Shown: piece by piece, positions 11,056 to 21,237 of the stretch
How positions within the stretch are numbered: the first letter of the stretch is position 1
Layout: every line of letters begins with the position of its first letter
DNA from: Cyanidioschyzon merolae
Taxonomy: Eukaryota
NCBI GenBank assembly: GCA_000091205.1
Contig: AP006502.2
DNA: 64,000 nucleotides
Strand: one strand, 5' to 3'
Position numbers and translations under genes: made by a program
The notes under the pieces: model-generated
Seen by the model: only the letters and a program-made list of their open reading frames with translations
Database searches by the model: none
What the model was told of the DNA's origin: nothing

Positions 11056-12801
11056 CTACTGATTCCAATTTTTCTCATATAATTCAACTTTTAGAGGTTG
11101 TCTACTAAAGTTCTCTCTTGTCCATTCTGGAGGTCTTTTCTCCAGCACCGCACATTTCCCTATATTGACAGCGGCGTTAACGTCACGGTTCACAAACTCC
11201 ATCCGTTTCTTGCCATCACTGGTTGTACTTCCTAATGCAAGTAGTCCACGAACTTTCGACATCCTTTCCATATGCTCTTCCGTCAGCGGTCCATACCTTT
11301 TTATATCCTCAGGGCTCCTCTGGCACTTTTCTATCCCGACCCCTTGAAGTGTGCACGCCACTTCATGGTGTGTATACGATGTGCGAACCTCACCTACAAG
11401 TATTGTAACGAAACGCCTTGCGCACTCCGTGTACGTTCTCGTCGTTGGAGCTGGTGTAGTTCCTTTTTGGGTCATCCAGTGTCCTGCTCCGTATGTTGCT
11501 ACGAGCCTCTGACCTTCATTCCCCTTCAAGGCGCTCAACTCATTGAAAAAATTCGCGAACGCCCCCTGCTTCCCACAATACAAATTCATTCGCAAACGAG
11601 CCCACCGGGGCTTGGCATACTCCTCCCACAGCGCATCCCAATGAGCGACGCGAACTTCCATAAACTCCCGAAAAGCTTTAAAATCCGCTCCTCGGCTTGT
11701 CACCTCGCTCAAAGCTTCCAGGTGCTCGTTCATTCCTGAATTCCACGTCTCTATTTTCTTCCTTGCATTCATGATTCCCGATTCTCGATAGTATCTCGCT
11801 CTCGAGAACCTCAAAAGACGCATGTCTTTCTGACGTAAGTTACCATCAGTGCCATCTTTCGCACGCTTCGGTGCTGCGATGGTTATGATATTTGTGCTTC
11901 CTGGGTCCGCACCAACGGCAAATTCGTTATCCTGCACTTTCTGCGTCTCAGGACCCGCCTCTTTTTTTTCTTCATGCTTTACCGCGTCAACGACGAAGTC
12001 GTTATCCTCCACCTCTTGCGTCGCAGGATCTGCCTCCTTCTCATCTTCATCCTTCGTCACGTCAACGACGAGGTCGTTATCCTGTACTTTCTGCATCGCA
12101 GGTTCCGCATCCTTCCCATCTTCATCCTTCGTCACGTCAACGACGAGGTCGTTATCCTGTACTTTCTGCATCGCAGGTTCCGCCTCCTTCTCATCTTCAT
12201 GGTTCGCCGAGGGCGGAACTGGACGATCTGTCTTCAACTGCCGATAGTGTACACACAACGCTACTCCATCGGTTTCGATCATCCTAGTGAACAACTTTTG
12301 TTTGCTCACTTTGAGACGTTTGAAATCGAAGATATTCTTCCAGTACGCCTCCTGGTTTTCACCGGAGAACTCCTTCCTGCTAACATTGAACTCCAGACTG
12401 ATCTCCTTAAAGATGCCGTAAAGGACGCCGGAGGCGATACTCAAAAAATGTGACTTGATGTTGTACATTGGAACCACGTTGAAGCGCTTACCCATCAGGA
12501 ACGCCTTCCGTCTCTCCCACTCTTTATTTGTCTCCTCACGCAGCTTCATCTCTGCCTTGCGTTCGAGCTCTCGGTCCAGAAACACGAAATAGCGCAGGAC
12601 GAGGCAATAGTATCTTTCCTTATGTTTTTTCAACTCTGATATCTTGTCTGTTGGATTCGCCAACCCCAAGACTGCACGATGCTCTCGTATAACCGCACGG
12701 ATGACAGAAGCTTCATTCGTGCTCCTGCGTGACGCCTTCTCATAGACGAATTCGATCTCCTGCTCATGCTGGCGATCGTTCGTGATGCCATTGATAATCG
12801 T
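11056..12801 (-). CDS. TnpB/Fanzor-like RuvC nuclease (OrfB_Zn_ribbon type); no ATG start and likely decayed at the 5' end
   Basis: RuvC-I-like [15 protein letters not shown]. TnpB TS..C-type motif [14 protein letters not shown]...C. RuvC-III hallmark [17 protein letters not shown]. The open frame runs from a stop at 12802 to 11056 with a TTG at 12669 and no in-frame ATG before residue ~40. Confidence 0.6.
   Translation of the reverse strand, partial: TIINGITNDRQHEQEIEFVYEKASRRSTNEASVIRAVIREHRAVLGLANPTDKISELKKHKERYYCLVLRYFVFLDRELERKAEMKLREETNKEWERRKAFLMGKRFNVVPMYNIKSHFLSIASGVLYGIFKEISLEFNVSRKEFSGENQEAYWKNIFDFKRLKVSKQKLFTRMIETDGVALCVHYRQLKTDRPVPPSANHEDEKEAEPAMQKVQDNDLVVDVTKDEDGKDAEPAMQKVQDNDLVVDVTKDEDEKEADPATQEVEDNDFVVDAVKHEEKKEAGPETQKVQDNEFAVGADPGSTNIITIAAPKRAKDGTDGNLRQKDMRLLRFSRARYYRESGIMNARKKIETWNSGMNEHLEALSEVTSRGADFKAFREFMEVRVAHWDALWEEYAKPRWARLRMNLYCGKQGAFANFFNELSALKGNEGQRLVATYGAGHWMTQKGTTPAPTTRTYTECARRFVTILVGEVRTSYTHHEVACTLQGVGIEKCQRSPEDIKRYGPLTEEHMERMSKVRGLLALGSTTSDGKKRMEFVNRDVNAAVNIGKCAVLEKRPPEWTRENFSRQPLKVELYEKNWNQ
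11926..12210. repeat. tandem 75-bp repeat (3.8 copies) inside the Fanzor-like ORF
   Basis: Units at 11926, 12001, 12076 and 12151 all start gttatcct. They encode acidic 25-aa units ([25 protein letters not shown] x4) just N-terminal of the RuvC-I motif. Copies 3 and 4 are nearly identical. Confidence 0.85.
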
Positions 12802-13257
12802 CTATATCCTCTTGGGAGAGATGCCCGGGTAGAGTGCAAACACGGCGCGTATCATGAGACGTTCGAGGTTCATTGTCAAATCGTTCATCAGGTTTCTGAG
12901 GTACTTTTCGCCCCGTAGTTGTAAATATTCCCGTCATCCTTGTATCGAGTACCGTTGGGGCGGGATTCTGCGTAATTTTAGTGCAGGGCATGCACTCGCT
13001 CATTTCTCCTCGACGTTTCCCTCGTACCAAGCATCAGGTGACGAATATAGGTCTTGTCGAAGAACTCGTCCGGAACCTCGACCGTTTCCATGTGCGTCAC
13101 GTCGCGATACATCTCCCTTACCAATTGCATCAGTCCTGACGACGCCTTTACAATACTCTTGGAGTACGAATCGACACGGTTTCTGATCGCATCTCGCAAC
13201 TTTTCCTTGTACGGATCCTTGATATGTGCAAGAAGGTTCCCCAGGCTTGTGGTTCAT
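12802..13257 (-). pseudogene. frameshifted ORF fragments directly upstream of the Fanzor-like frame (probable decayed N-terminal region)
   Basis: Three minus-strand ORFs in three different frames abut and overlap (13257-13000, 13199-12978, 13030-12764). A single frameshift near 12790 would join ...[14 protein letters not shown] to [12 protein letters not shown].... Confidence 0.4.
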
Positions 13258-13290
13258 GCTCCCCCATTGTCTAGTGTTATCGTGAGATCT

Positions 13291-13665
13291 AAGCTACTCG
13301 TCCGCAGTGCAGTTCATTCTGGGACCGTGAACGGGATCATTGGGCGTAACGCTGGTCCCAGTTGACTCCCAGTATATCGCTTCACTGCCGCAGGCAATGA
13401 GTCTATCTTTACAGTTTGCAGGCTCCCAGAATAATGATGTACTCCGACCCCGTATCGAGTGGGTCACCCCTCGAGCCGGCGCCATCTGTGGTACGGCAAC
13501 GCCGTTCTGTCTGCGTGCGGCGACCGCATCGGCGCTTTAGGCGCCATTGCGCACTACCAGGGCAAGCAATCGGCACACGATTGAACGTACGAAACGACGA
13601 TTATATCCGAGAAGGAGTACGGATAATGTTACTTGGAAGTAGGGTATGGATCGATGGATGCTTCA
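13291..13665. repeat. ~370-bp dispersed repeat, copy B (paralogue of 1545-1910)
   Basis: See copy A. It lies immediately 5' of the Fanzor-like ORF fragments. Local GC-rich hairpins gcggcgaccgc and ggcgctttaggcgcc. Confidence 0.6.
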
Positions 13666-15735
13666 CCGCGCACTGAAACAAAGAACAACGAAAAGAAAAG
13701 GCGTACAATCGGAGAAGGTTGGCCTCTGAAAGTGTGTTGTCAACTAAAAAAACTTCCATGCGCCAAGCAAGGCGATGCGGTAAGTTCGTTCGGACACAGC
13801 TACGCATTGATCAAGGTGGCAAGAGAGAATGGTGCTGTAGCCGGTTCGTGTGCGGAAGTTGCGTTCGGTCTGGTCCCTGCGGATTTGAGGACAGTGTCCC
13901 TTCATTACCGCTCGTAGGGACGGTGTGGAAACTTCACTTGATGTGGCTTGATTTATCGAATTTCTTAGAGAACATCCGGTAGGGAGTGGATTGATTACAA
14001 GTCAGTCTTGTAGAGAGCGTTGGCTACGTTCTGTTTTGGGTATGTGTATGTGATGTACAGGATAGGGAATACTGGGCATGTGCTTCATTCACTTGCTGAC
14101 CGTAAAATGACTAATTCGTAAACTTCATACCTGTTTTGCATGCGAGCACTAAGATCTTCACATCATTCCGCAACGTGTCTGCGATCGACCGAAAGCATGC
14201 TTTCAAGTACCTGCATGAGAAACAAAATAAAACGGATTGCGCCGGCACACGAGGTCCAGAGTTCACTGGTACGCGTATCGAGAGAACACAACGCAGGCGC
14301 TGTACCAAGGAGATTAAAATGGAACATTGACCTGCGTTCTCTGTCCTTACGTTTTGGTGATTCGCAAGTTTCTTATCCGATCTACAGCCTCGATATTCCA
14401 AGTGCAGCAATAGGGGATTCCACATTCACATCTCGTTCTAGGATTTTCGGCGGTGGTTTCGAAGTGGCTGCATCGACGCAGCCCCGCTCGAATGCATTCG
14501 ATCACCGGCATCACGGGGATTTGTGGCGTCCTCTCAAATAGATTCCTACAGAACCGATACGATTGTCTATTTCATGGGTGCGAGCCTCGGTTCTTTCCCT
14601 GACTTTACGTACAGGACGCACAAACCATGCATTCTTCAAGATTTCGATCTCACTCTTTCAAGGCAACACCTAAGCAGAACGACATGCTTCCCGAGGGTGA
14701 TGAGAAAAAGAATATGGCTTCGTCCTTTGAGTACTTGTTCACAAGCTCCTGCCAAAAGTTCATGGAACTTCTTGCGTCAAATAATCGATTCCATTCGAAC
14801 GACAAAGCCCATTTTCATCGTTGCAAAAGAGGAACCAGTATTCAACAGCAGCATGCTAATTTACGAGAGGTATACGCCAAGAGGCCCTTGTCTTCAAGCT
14901 TTGCACTAGAGAAAAGTCCTGGACTCGCTGCGCACGCATTATAGCAATCGCTACCACTAGAGGCCGAGTCACCAATTCTGGAAAAGGGAACGTAAGCGGA
15001 TTGCAATGCCTCGACTTGATCTCCGACCTGGATTTTCCGGACGACACTCGTTTCATCATTGACAAAATCGCGTTCCATGAAGCCTTAATCGACAGGAACA
15101 GCTCACGCTTGCTTGCGCAACGGACAGGGTAATTGTCAATGGCCTCACCGAGGAAGAGCCCATGGATGTAGGGTACGACACCTTTGTCTCGCGGACCTAT
15201 GACGGCACTGAGGGTACCGTCTGCACCCGTCATGCGCACGCATCGAGCGATGAAGCCAGCGTTCGCGCGCTCCAAGACGGCTCCCTGAGGCGGACGGCTG
15301 CTGGTCTTATGCGAACCCCTGAGAACAATCAAGTGCCACCGCTGCGAAGGGCGCACAGAAGCTGTATTCAAAGACGCTTGAAGTGTCAAGCGAAGCCTAG
15401 ATCGCAATGACCATGAGTGCATGAAACGCGTCGACAACGCCGGGAATCGGCGTGATCAGAAGTTCAACGCTGCCGTGTACTTCCTTGGGCCTGTGACAAC
15501 GCCACTGGAGGATACAGAGACATCGGCATATTCAGAGCCGGAGCTTAGAGCGCGAGGAAACGGAAGCAGTCACAGAAACAGCGTGCCGCGCTTCGTGTCG
15601 GTGAGAAACGGAAGAAACCAAAACTGTAGAGAGCACATCCGAACTCGCAAACCAGACCTTTTCTATTCATGTCTGACACGAGTGTAACTGCCTGTTTGTG
15701 CTGACCCTGCACGTGTCGCGCTCGAGTCGCTCACG

Positions 15736-15740
15736 AAAAA
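15736..15740 (-). terminator. Pol III T5 terminator downstream of tRNA-Val
   Basis: aaaaa on the plus strand is TTTTT on the minus strand, ~10 nt 3' of the tRNA end. Confidence 0.5.
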
Positions 15741-15749
15741 GGGAATTTG

Positions 15750-15823
15750 TATCGGCGGCGCGACTCGAACGCGCGATCTTGTGCGTGTGAAGCACACGTC
15801 ATAACCAACTAGACCACGCCGAC
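15750..15823 (-). tRNA. tRNA-Val (anticodon CAC)
   Basis: Reverse-complement GTCGGCGTGGTCTAGTTGGTTATGACGTGTGCTTCACACGCACAAGATCGCGCGTTCGAGTCGCGCCGAT+A folds as a cloverleaf. Anticodon stem TGTGC/GCACA, loop TTCACAC. T-arm GCGCG-TTCGAGT-CGCGC. Close to eukaryotic tRNA-Val-CAC. Confidence 0.85.
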
Positions 15824-16001
15824 ATCAATGCAACTTTCCGTGAAATTCATATATAAATACCGTTTGCGTGTGCTGCTGGCGGCCGAGTCGATGGCCGGCG
15901 CGTTCCAGCTGTCTCGCCGAATTCGTTCGCGATGATGGCAGCGGTTTCGCGTTCCAGCTTGAACCTTGAACGCAGAGGTGCTTGCACCCTCACAAAGTCC
16001 C

Positions 16002-16886
16002 ATGTCGACAGAGTCTCGCGGAAAATCAGTAACGACATCAGTGTCTTCTCTGTATTCAAAGGCGAAGCAGAGAGTTTTGAACAAGTTTGGACGGCGAACG
16101 CACTTGACTCGTAACCCGAAAGTAGACTCGCTCAACGAAATCCAGAGTGGTATCCGAGCAGACGAATCGAAGCTAGCGTCTCGCATTACGTCGTATCGGC
16201 GATCACTGCGTGACGCTATCCTTTCAGGTCTGGAGTTACAAACGCTGTACCTGACCATCTACAAGCGGAACGTCGGTGCGCTCAAGTTTAACGTCGAGCG
16301 GAACGAGTACTCGCGAGAGCCGTCTGCGGCGCAAGTAATCTTCATCCAAAAGTTGGAGAAAGAGCTTTCTGAAGTGGAGACGGTGCTCAAACGGGAAATA
16401 GACGCGTTCACTGCCCGGTTTAAGGACTACGCCGACCACCCGCTCACCAACAAGACGCTGGAGGAAGCCGATGAGCTACGGCGGGTGGAGACGCTCAAGG
16501 CGGACTACAAGAAGGCGCGAACCCTGTACAGTGACCGTGCCATTGAGGTCGAGGCGGGTAGCAGCAATCAAGCAGCTTTAACGGAGGCATACCAGGAGTA
16601 TATGCGCCAGAGTGACTTGTTATGTCAGGAAATGATCCAGTACCAGGATCGGGTGGCGCGGGAGGTTGGGAACAAAGTTCGCGGTTTCTTCGAAGCACAG
16701 CATCGAATTTATAGCACCCTCAATGAACAGTATGACAAACTACTGCCAATGGCTCGCCAGCTTGAGTCGCTGCCTTTCCAGAATGGCTTGCCTGGGGTGA
16801 CTGTGGCGGCGGCTGCACCGATCGATGTGGTGAAACAGCACGAATCGGCTACGCCGAGCAGTGACACCATGAGTCTCTTTGATTAA
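16002..16886 (+). CDS. hypothetical coiled-coil protein (possibly a BAR-like helical fold)
   Basis: 294-aa ORF from the first ATG (the track start at 15966 is TTG). Predicted all-helical with long amphipathic helices. No diagnostic motif. Confidence 0.35.
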   Translation: MSTESRGKSVTTSVSSLYSKAKQRVLNKFGRRTHLTRNPKVDSLNEIQSGIRADESKLASRITSYRRSLRDAILSGLELQTLYLTIYKRNVGALKFNVERNEYSREPSAAQVIFIQKLEKELSEVETVLKREIDAFTARFKDYADHPLTNKTLEEADELRRVETLKADYKKARTLYSDRAIEVEAGSSNQAALTEAYQEYMRQSDLLCQEMIQYQDRVAREVGNKVRGFFEAQHRIYSTLNEQYDKLLPMARQLESLPFQNGLPGVTVAAAAPIDVVKQHESATPSSDTMSLFD

Positions 16887-18095
16887 TGGTGACCTAGTGC
16901 AATGCATGGGAGTAAAGTGCAAAAGTCCTCCGCCTTGGAAAGCACGATTTCGGCATGTCTTGCTTTTATACAATGCGCTGTCCGAGAACATCCTGGACGG
17001 AACAGGTCGAGCGGGCATGCAGATGCTACTGCAGCGGATGCTGCCGTTTGCGGCAGCGCGAGATGTACGCTTTGGGGTCGACGACCGCTAGTGCCGGGAG
17101 CGCTGAACGCTGGTCGCGCAGCGCCCTGGGGCGTGCCTTGATGGAGGCCTCTCCACAGGGAACAGTGGTCACAAGCAATGCTTTTGGGTTCAGCATGCGC
17201 TCAGCACATGCGAAGCATTCCCGACGAGGCCGAGAGCCTATGGAAACGTTGACGTGCACGCATCAGAGCACACATGCACACACGTATAAATATCTTGCAT
17301 CGCTGTTGTGCGTGCAGGAAATGTAGTTCCTCTTTTGCGGGGTTCTTACCATGGCACTCACTGGGATCATATGCGCCACAACATGAACGCCCGTGCGTCA
17401 ATTTCTTTCTTCCGCTGTTTATCCTAAACAAATGATGCGGAAACCAGGTTCCCCAAAGACCTGCATCCGTAACCCTGGCATGCGATCGGATTTCTGCTAA
17501 TCTGTCAGCGAGGAGCAAGACGCACGTTGCGACGGGCGCTCGCTTCCATCATTCCGCTGAATACACCAGCGGATTTGCTCAGTTACCCCAGCGTTTGCCC
17601 GCACATTGGCCCTGATCTGCCGCTCGCAGACCCAACAGTAGCTAAACTGTAAGCGCTGTCGCGCGTAACACGAGGCAGGAGCCCATGCAGCATGCCTCTT
17701 TGAGGGTATTCGTTTCGTCGCGCGGGTATCTGCGGATCCGAGAATCGCTTCGAATACTGGGCCCTCGCCAATATTTCCTCGCACTGGACGATCAGAAAGC
17801 ACGCGTATTTGGTGGAGATGGCAGCGGTTTCGGACGCTCAACGCACGCGCTGGCACTGAACGAAGAAAACTAGTGGTTGCAGCGCAAGCCGACTTCACTG
17901 CCCATGGAGCACTGCGTAGAAACAGGTGGCGTTCTCTGGAATGTCGTACAAGTCGTATCAGCCACGGTGATAGCGAGGTTTCGGCGTCGGGGCATCGGCA
18001 CTGCCCACAACACTATCGACAACCTGCGCTATTTTCTTTAGCGGAAACGGAATACGGCTCACGCTTCTCCAGCTGGCCGAGTCGCGCACCCAGCA

Positions 18096-18737
18096 TCACT
18101 GGGTCTCTGCAGTCGTTTCGTTGAAATAGGCGTCTGCACTCGCTTGCGACGGGTGTTCTTCGGCGAAGCGCATGAGCATCGCTGTAACTTGCCGGCAACC
18201 GACCAGCACTGCTTCGTCGTAGGCACTGCGTCCACTCTTATTTAAAACAAACGGACTCGCGCCTGTTTGCCGAAGCGCACCTAAAAGAACCTCAACGCAC
18301 TGCACTTGCTGGTTCATACTCGCCCAGTGTAGGGGCGTATTCCCCGCCTCGTTTTGCGCAGCTGGGTCAGCCCCGGCCTCGAGCAACAACCGAACGACCT
18401 CGGTGTGGCCGTTCGCACTCGCCATATGAAGTGCCGTGTTTCCAGTATGCTCATCGGCGGTATTCACGAACGCGATGCGGTCGCTCGGGTCTGGCCACAC
18501 GCTCTCGCTGAGCAGATCCCGCACACCTGCCTCGTCGTTCGCACGGGCATAGTCACGAAGCTCTGCAGCGAGATCTTCCCTACGAAGTAGCGCTGCGCTT
18601 GCAGCGCTCCGTTCAGACAAGACTTTTTCCCGCTCACACATGACCACGACCACAGACCATACGAACAAGTAGACATGCGTCGCCGGTATAGCGCGAAGCC
18701 ATCGTAGCAGCGGCACCAACGACGTTTTGCGGTGCAT
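18096..18737 (-). CDS. ankyrin-repeat protein with an N-terminal hydrophobic segment
   Basis: Ankyrin repeats GNTALHMASANGHTEVVRLLLEAGADPAAQNEAGNTPLHWAS. N-terminal LVPLLRWLRAIPATHVYLFVWSVVVV is a likely membrane anchor. ATG at 18737. Confidence 0.65.
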   Translation of the reverse strand: MHRKTSLVPLLRWLRAIPATHVYLFVWSVVVVMCEREKVLSERSAASAALLRREDLAAELRDYARANDEAGVRDLLSESVWPDPSDRIAFVNTADEHTGNTALHMASANGHTEVVRLLLEAGADPAAQNEAGNTPLHWASMNQQVQCVEVLLGALRQTGASPFVLNKSGRSAYDEAVLVGCRQVTAMLMRFAEEHPSQASADAYFNETTAETQ

Positions 18738-18895
18738 CGATGAGCGTCGTCGATCCGAAACGGACGCGCCGCCAGAAGCGCGCCCTCGGCACAGATCAGC
18801 TGCAAAATCGTTGGCGCGGAGGATGCTCGTAAGTGTCTCATTCTTTTTTCCTAGGCGGGACTGTACTCGGGACGGGGCAGGGTAACTGGGTTTCT

Positions 18896-19699
18896 ATGCT
18901 TTTCGTGAGTCTCATTCAAACTAACTGCAACTTATGGAAATGGAAAAGGGAACTCCAGCGCATACAGAGTGGGCGCTGTGACTCCAAGCCGCCTCGGATT
19001 CGAGTCCAGCGCGGGGCGGTGCACGCGAGCATCCCTGTTTCGAGGAGAGAGGTTTTGTACGCGCTTGTGTCAGCGCTTCTGGTGCCGCATACGGGCGGGA
19101 TTCAAAGTCGCCCGTTCAGTGCGGAGCTCGTGCTCGCAGCTGAAACCATGCAGGATGGTGTATCAAGCGCCACTGGTACGACGGCGTTTGCCGGGCCTCG
19201 AGCGGACGCTGTGTACAGCGCTCCCGGCGCCAGGGGCGTGCAGTTCCGCTACCCCAGTCGTTGGCGAATCCGAATGAAACCAATAAAAACACACGCCTTT
19301 GAGGTTCTTGTGGTGAGTGACACCGACGCCAACACGTCCATAGGTGTCGTCAGTGACGCGGTACGTATCAGCCGCGTGGAGGACTTCGGCTCGGCTACGG
19401 ATATCGGCGAGCGCGTTATTGATTTGGAGAGAAAGAAAGATGGGGTACTTTCTGCTGGACTCGTACGCACCGCCCAATCCGTAAGCGAAAACGACGAGCA
19501 ACCCCTAACCTACTATCTGTGTGAGTATCGGGTGAACTCTACTCGAGGCGGGGAGCGGCACTATGCTGCGAAGGTGACGATCGCGAACGGCCAGCTCTAT
19601 GTCATGACAGTACAATGCAAAGAAAGTCAATGGGTCATGTATGAACCTCTCTTCAAAGAGGTCTTGGACTCGTTCCAAGTGCGGGCTTCACAAACCTAA
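18896..19699 (+). CDS. PsbP-family thylakoid lumenal protein (PsbP-like/PPL) with a twin-arginine signal
   Basis: C-terminal ITIANGQLYVMTVQCKESQW...KEVLDSFQV resembles the PsbP C-terminus (GKLY...KRWF...SF.V). Upstream SRREVLYALVSALLV is a Tat (RR) lumen-targeting motif. The track start at 18833 is GTG; first ATG is 18896. Confidence 0.7.
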   Translation: MLFVSLIQTNCNLWKWKRELQRIQSGRCDSKPPRIRVQRGAVHASIPVSRREVLYALVSALLVPHTGGIQSRPFSAELVLAAETMQDGVSSATGTTAFAGPRADAVYSAPGARGVQFRYPSRWRIRMKPIKTHAFEVLVVSDTDANTSIGVVSDAVRISRVEDFGSATDIGERVIDLERKKDGVLSAGLVRTAQSVSENDEQPLTYYLCEYRVNSTRGGERHYAAKVTIANGQLYVMTVQCKESQWVMYEPLFKEVLDSFQVRASQT

Positions 19700-21237
19700 T
19701 GATGCACACCAACTGGCGTACAGGGCCCGCCACGCGCACGCGCAACCCTGCAGGGAGCATGCTTCGCGCCTATCCTGCACACCGGAAGCTCGCATTACCA
19801 GCGATGAATGTTTCAGCACGCAGGCACCTGATGCGTCGCGGCCGTTCAACATCCCGATAACGTTCGATCAGGAGCGGTGCTGGCATTCCGGCGATATACC
19901 CATGCGCATCGGGCTGCGCTCATCGTGCGACACGGCAGCGGGGTCGCGCTGCATCTCGTCAGCAGCAAGCATAGATCTAGGGTTGTGCCCAGTGCCTGCA
20001 GTATACATCAACCGAGCTACTGGAGGTACAACTTGGTCAGCGGCAGGCACGGATCTAAGCATATGCCGAATGCCTGCAGGATAGGCCAACGGTTCCACTA
20101 CAGGTACATCTGGAGGCGCTTGGAACATAGAGCAGATCGTTTGGAAGCAAATCCGCATCTTTTCCACACAAATTCGCAACGCAGGAGCAGCGACGTATAC
20201 AGCATCTTACGCATCCGGATGCCATGGTGACGGCCACGCATGACGCTAGGATGTGTGATAGAGTCGCACGCACCAGATGCATGCGATGCGTGATGCGTGC
20301 GTCGTCGATGGCGCGCAATGCCAACGCATCGTCTGCTCGGCGTGCGGGCGCGCGTTCACCATCATCGATGGCGAGGGATCGGCCTCTTTAGCGGATGCCT
20401 GGTGCAGTGCCGCTTTGCAAACCAGAGCTTGGATAATGTTTATGGTATTGGTATTGACTTGAAACACGGGTGAGGGCATCGCCGTTGCATTTGTTGCCTT
20501 GGTTTAGGGGTTGCAGCCGGTTCCAGTCCCCCGTGGACACTGCTGCACGTCTCGAGATGTGCAGCAGACAGCACGCTAGCTCGCACGTCCCAGACGCGTC
20601 GAGCGGTTGCGTTGATGGAGACAATGTATGTCATCGAGATGATTCGCGCTGTGCACGCGGCGCTTTGGTGTTTCCATGGGATCCGATTTGGCGCAAAAAC
20701 GCAATGTACTAGCATGGTGCAGGAAAGGTATTCACTATTTCAGCATACATAGGACTCGTTACGCTTTATATGAAACGCTCTTGATGACATGGGATCGCAT
20801 CAAAAACGCCACCAGTTAACCACGGGGACAAAACAGCCGGCCAGTGGTATTGTCCGGCAAAAGCTCTAACAAAAGCATATATTTGCAGCCCGTACAGAAT
20901 TATGGCCGAAGCGCTTTTTCCATGATTAGCTTCCCGACATGCACCGCAATCAAGCCCAGATCCGAATGTGCGGCCCAATGAGAACACGTCACTGGCGTTC
21001 GTTTCAGTCGCTATGGTGGCATTGGCACGCCTCTAGCGACGAGTGGCTCTCCAGATTTGCCCATAGCATACGTAACGCCAAAAACAGATGCATAAATTTT
21101 ACAGTCGGTCTCGTCCAGGCACTCACCCACAAGCCCGATATGCCAATCCAAGGGGAACAGCCATGATCATCAGGTTCACCCATACAGAATGTTGGCAAAG
21201 TCGGCATCTAGATAGCTGAAGCCGCTCGAACTCTGGG

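Noticed and set aside
15809-16258. 149-aa minus-strand ORF
   Set aside because: It overlaps tRNA-Val and the upstream region of the 16002-16886 gene. No homology, so it is spurious.
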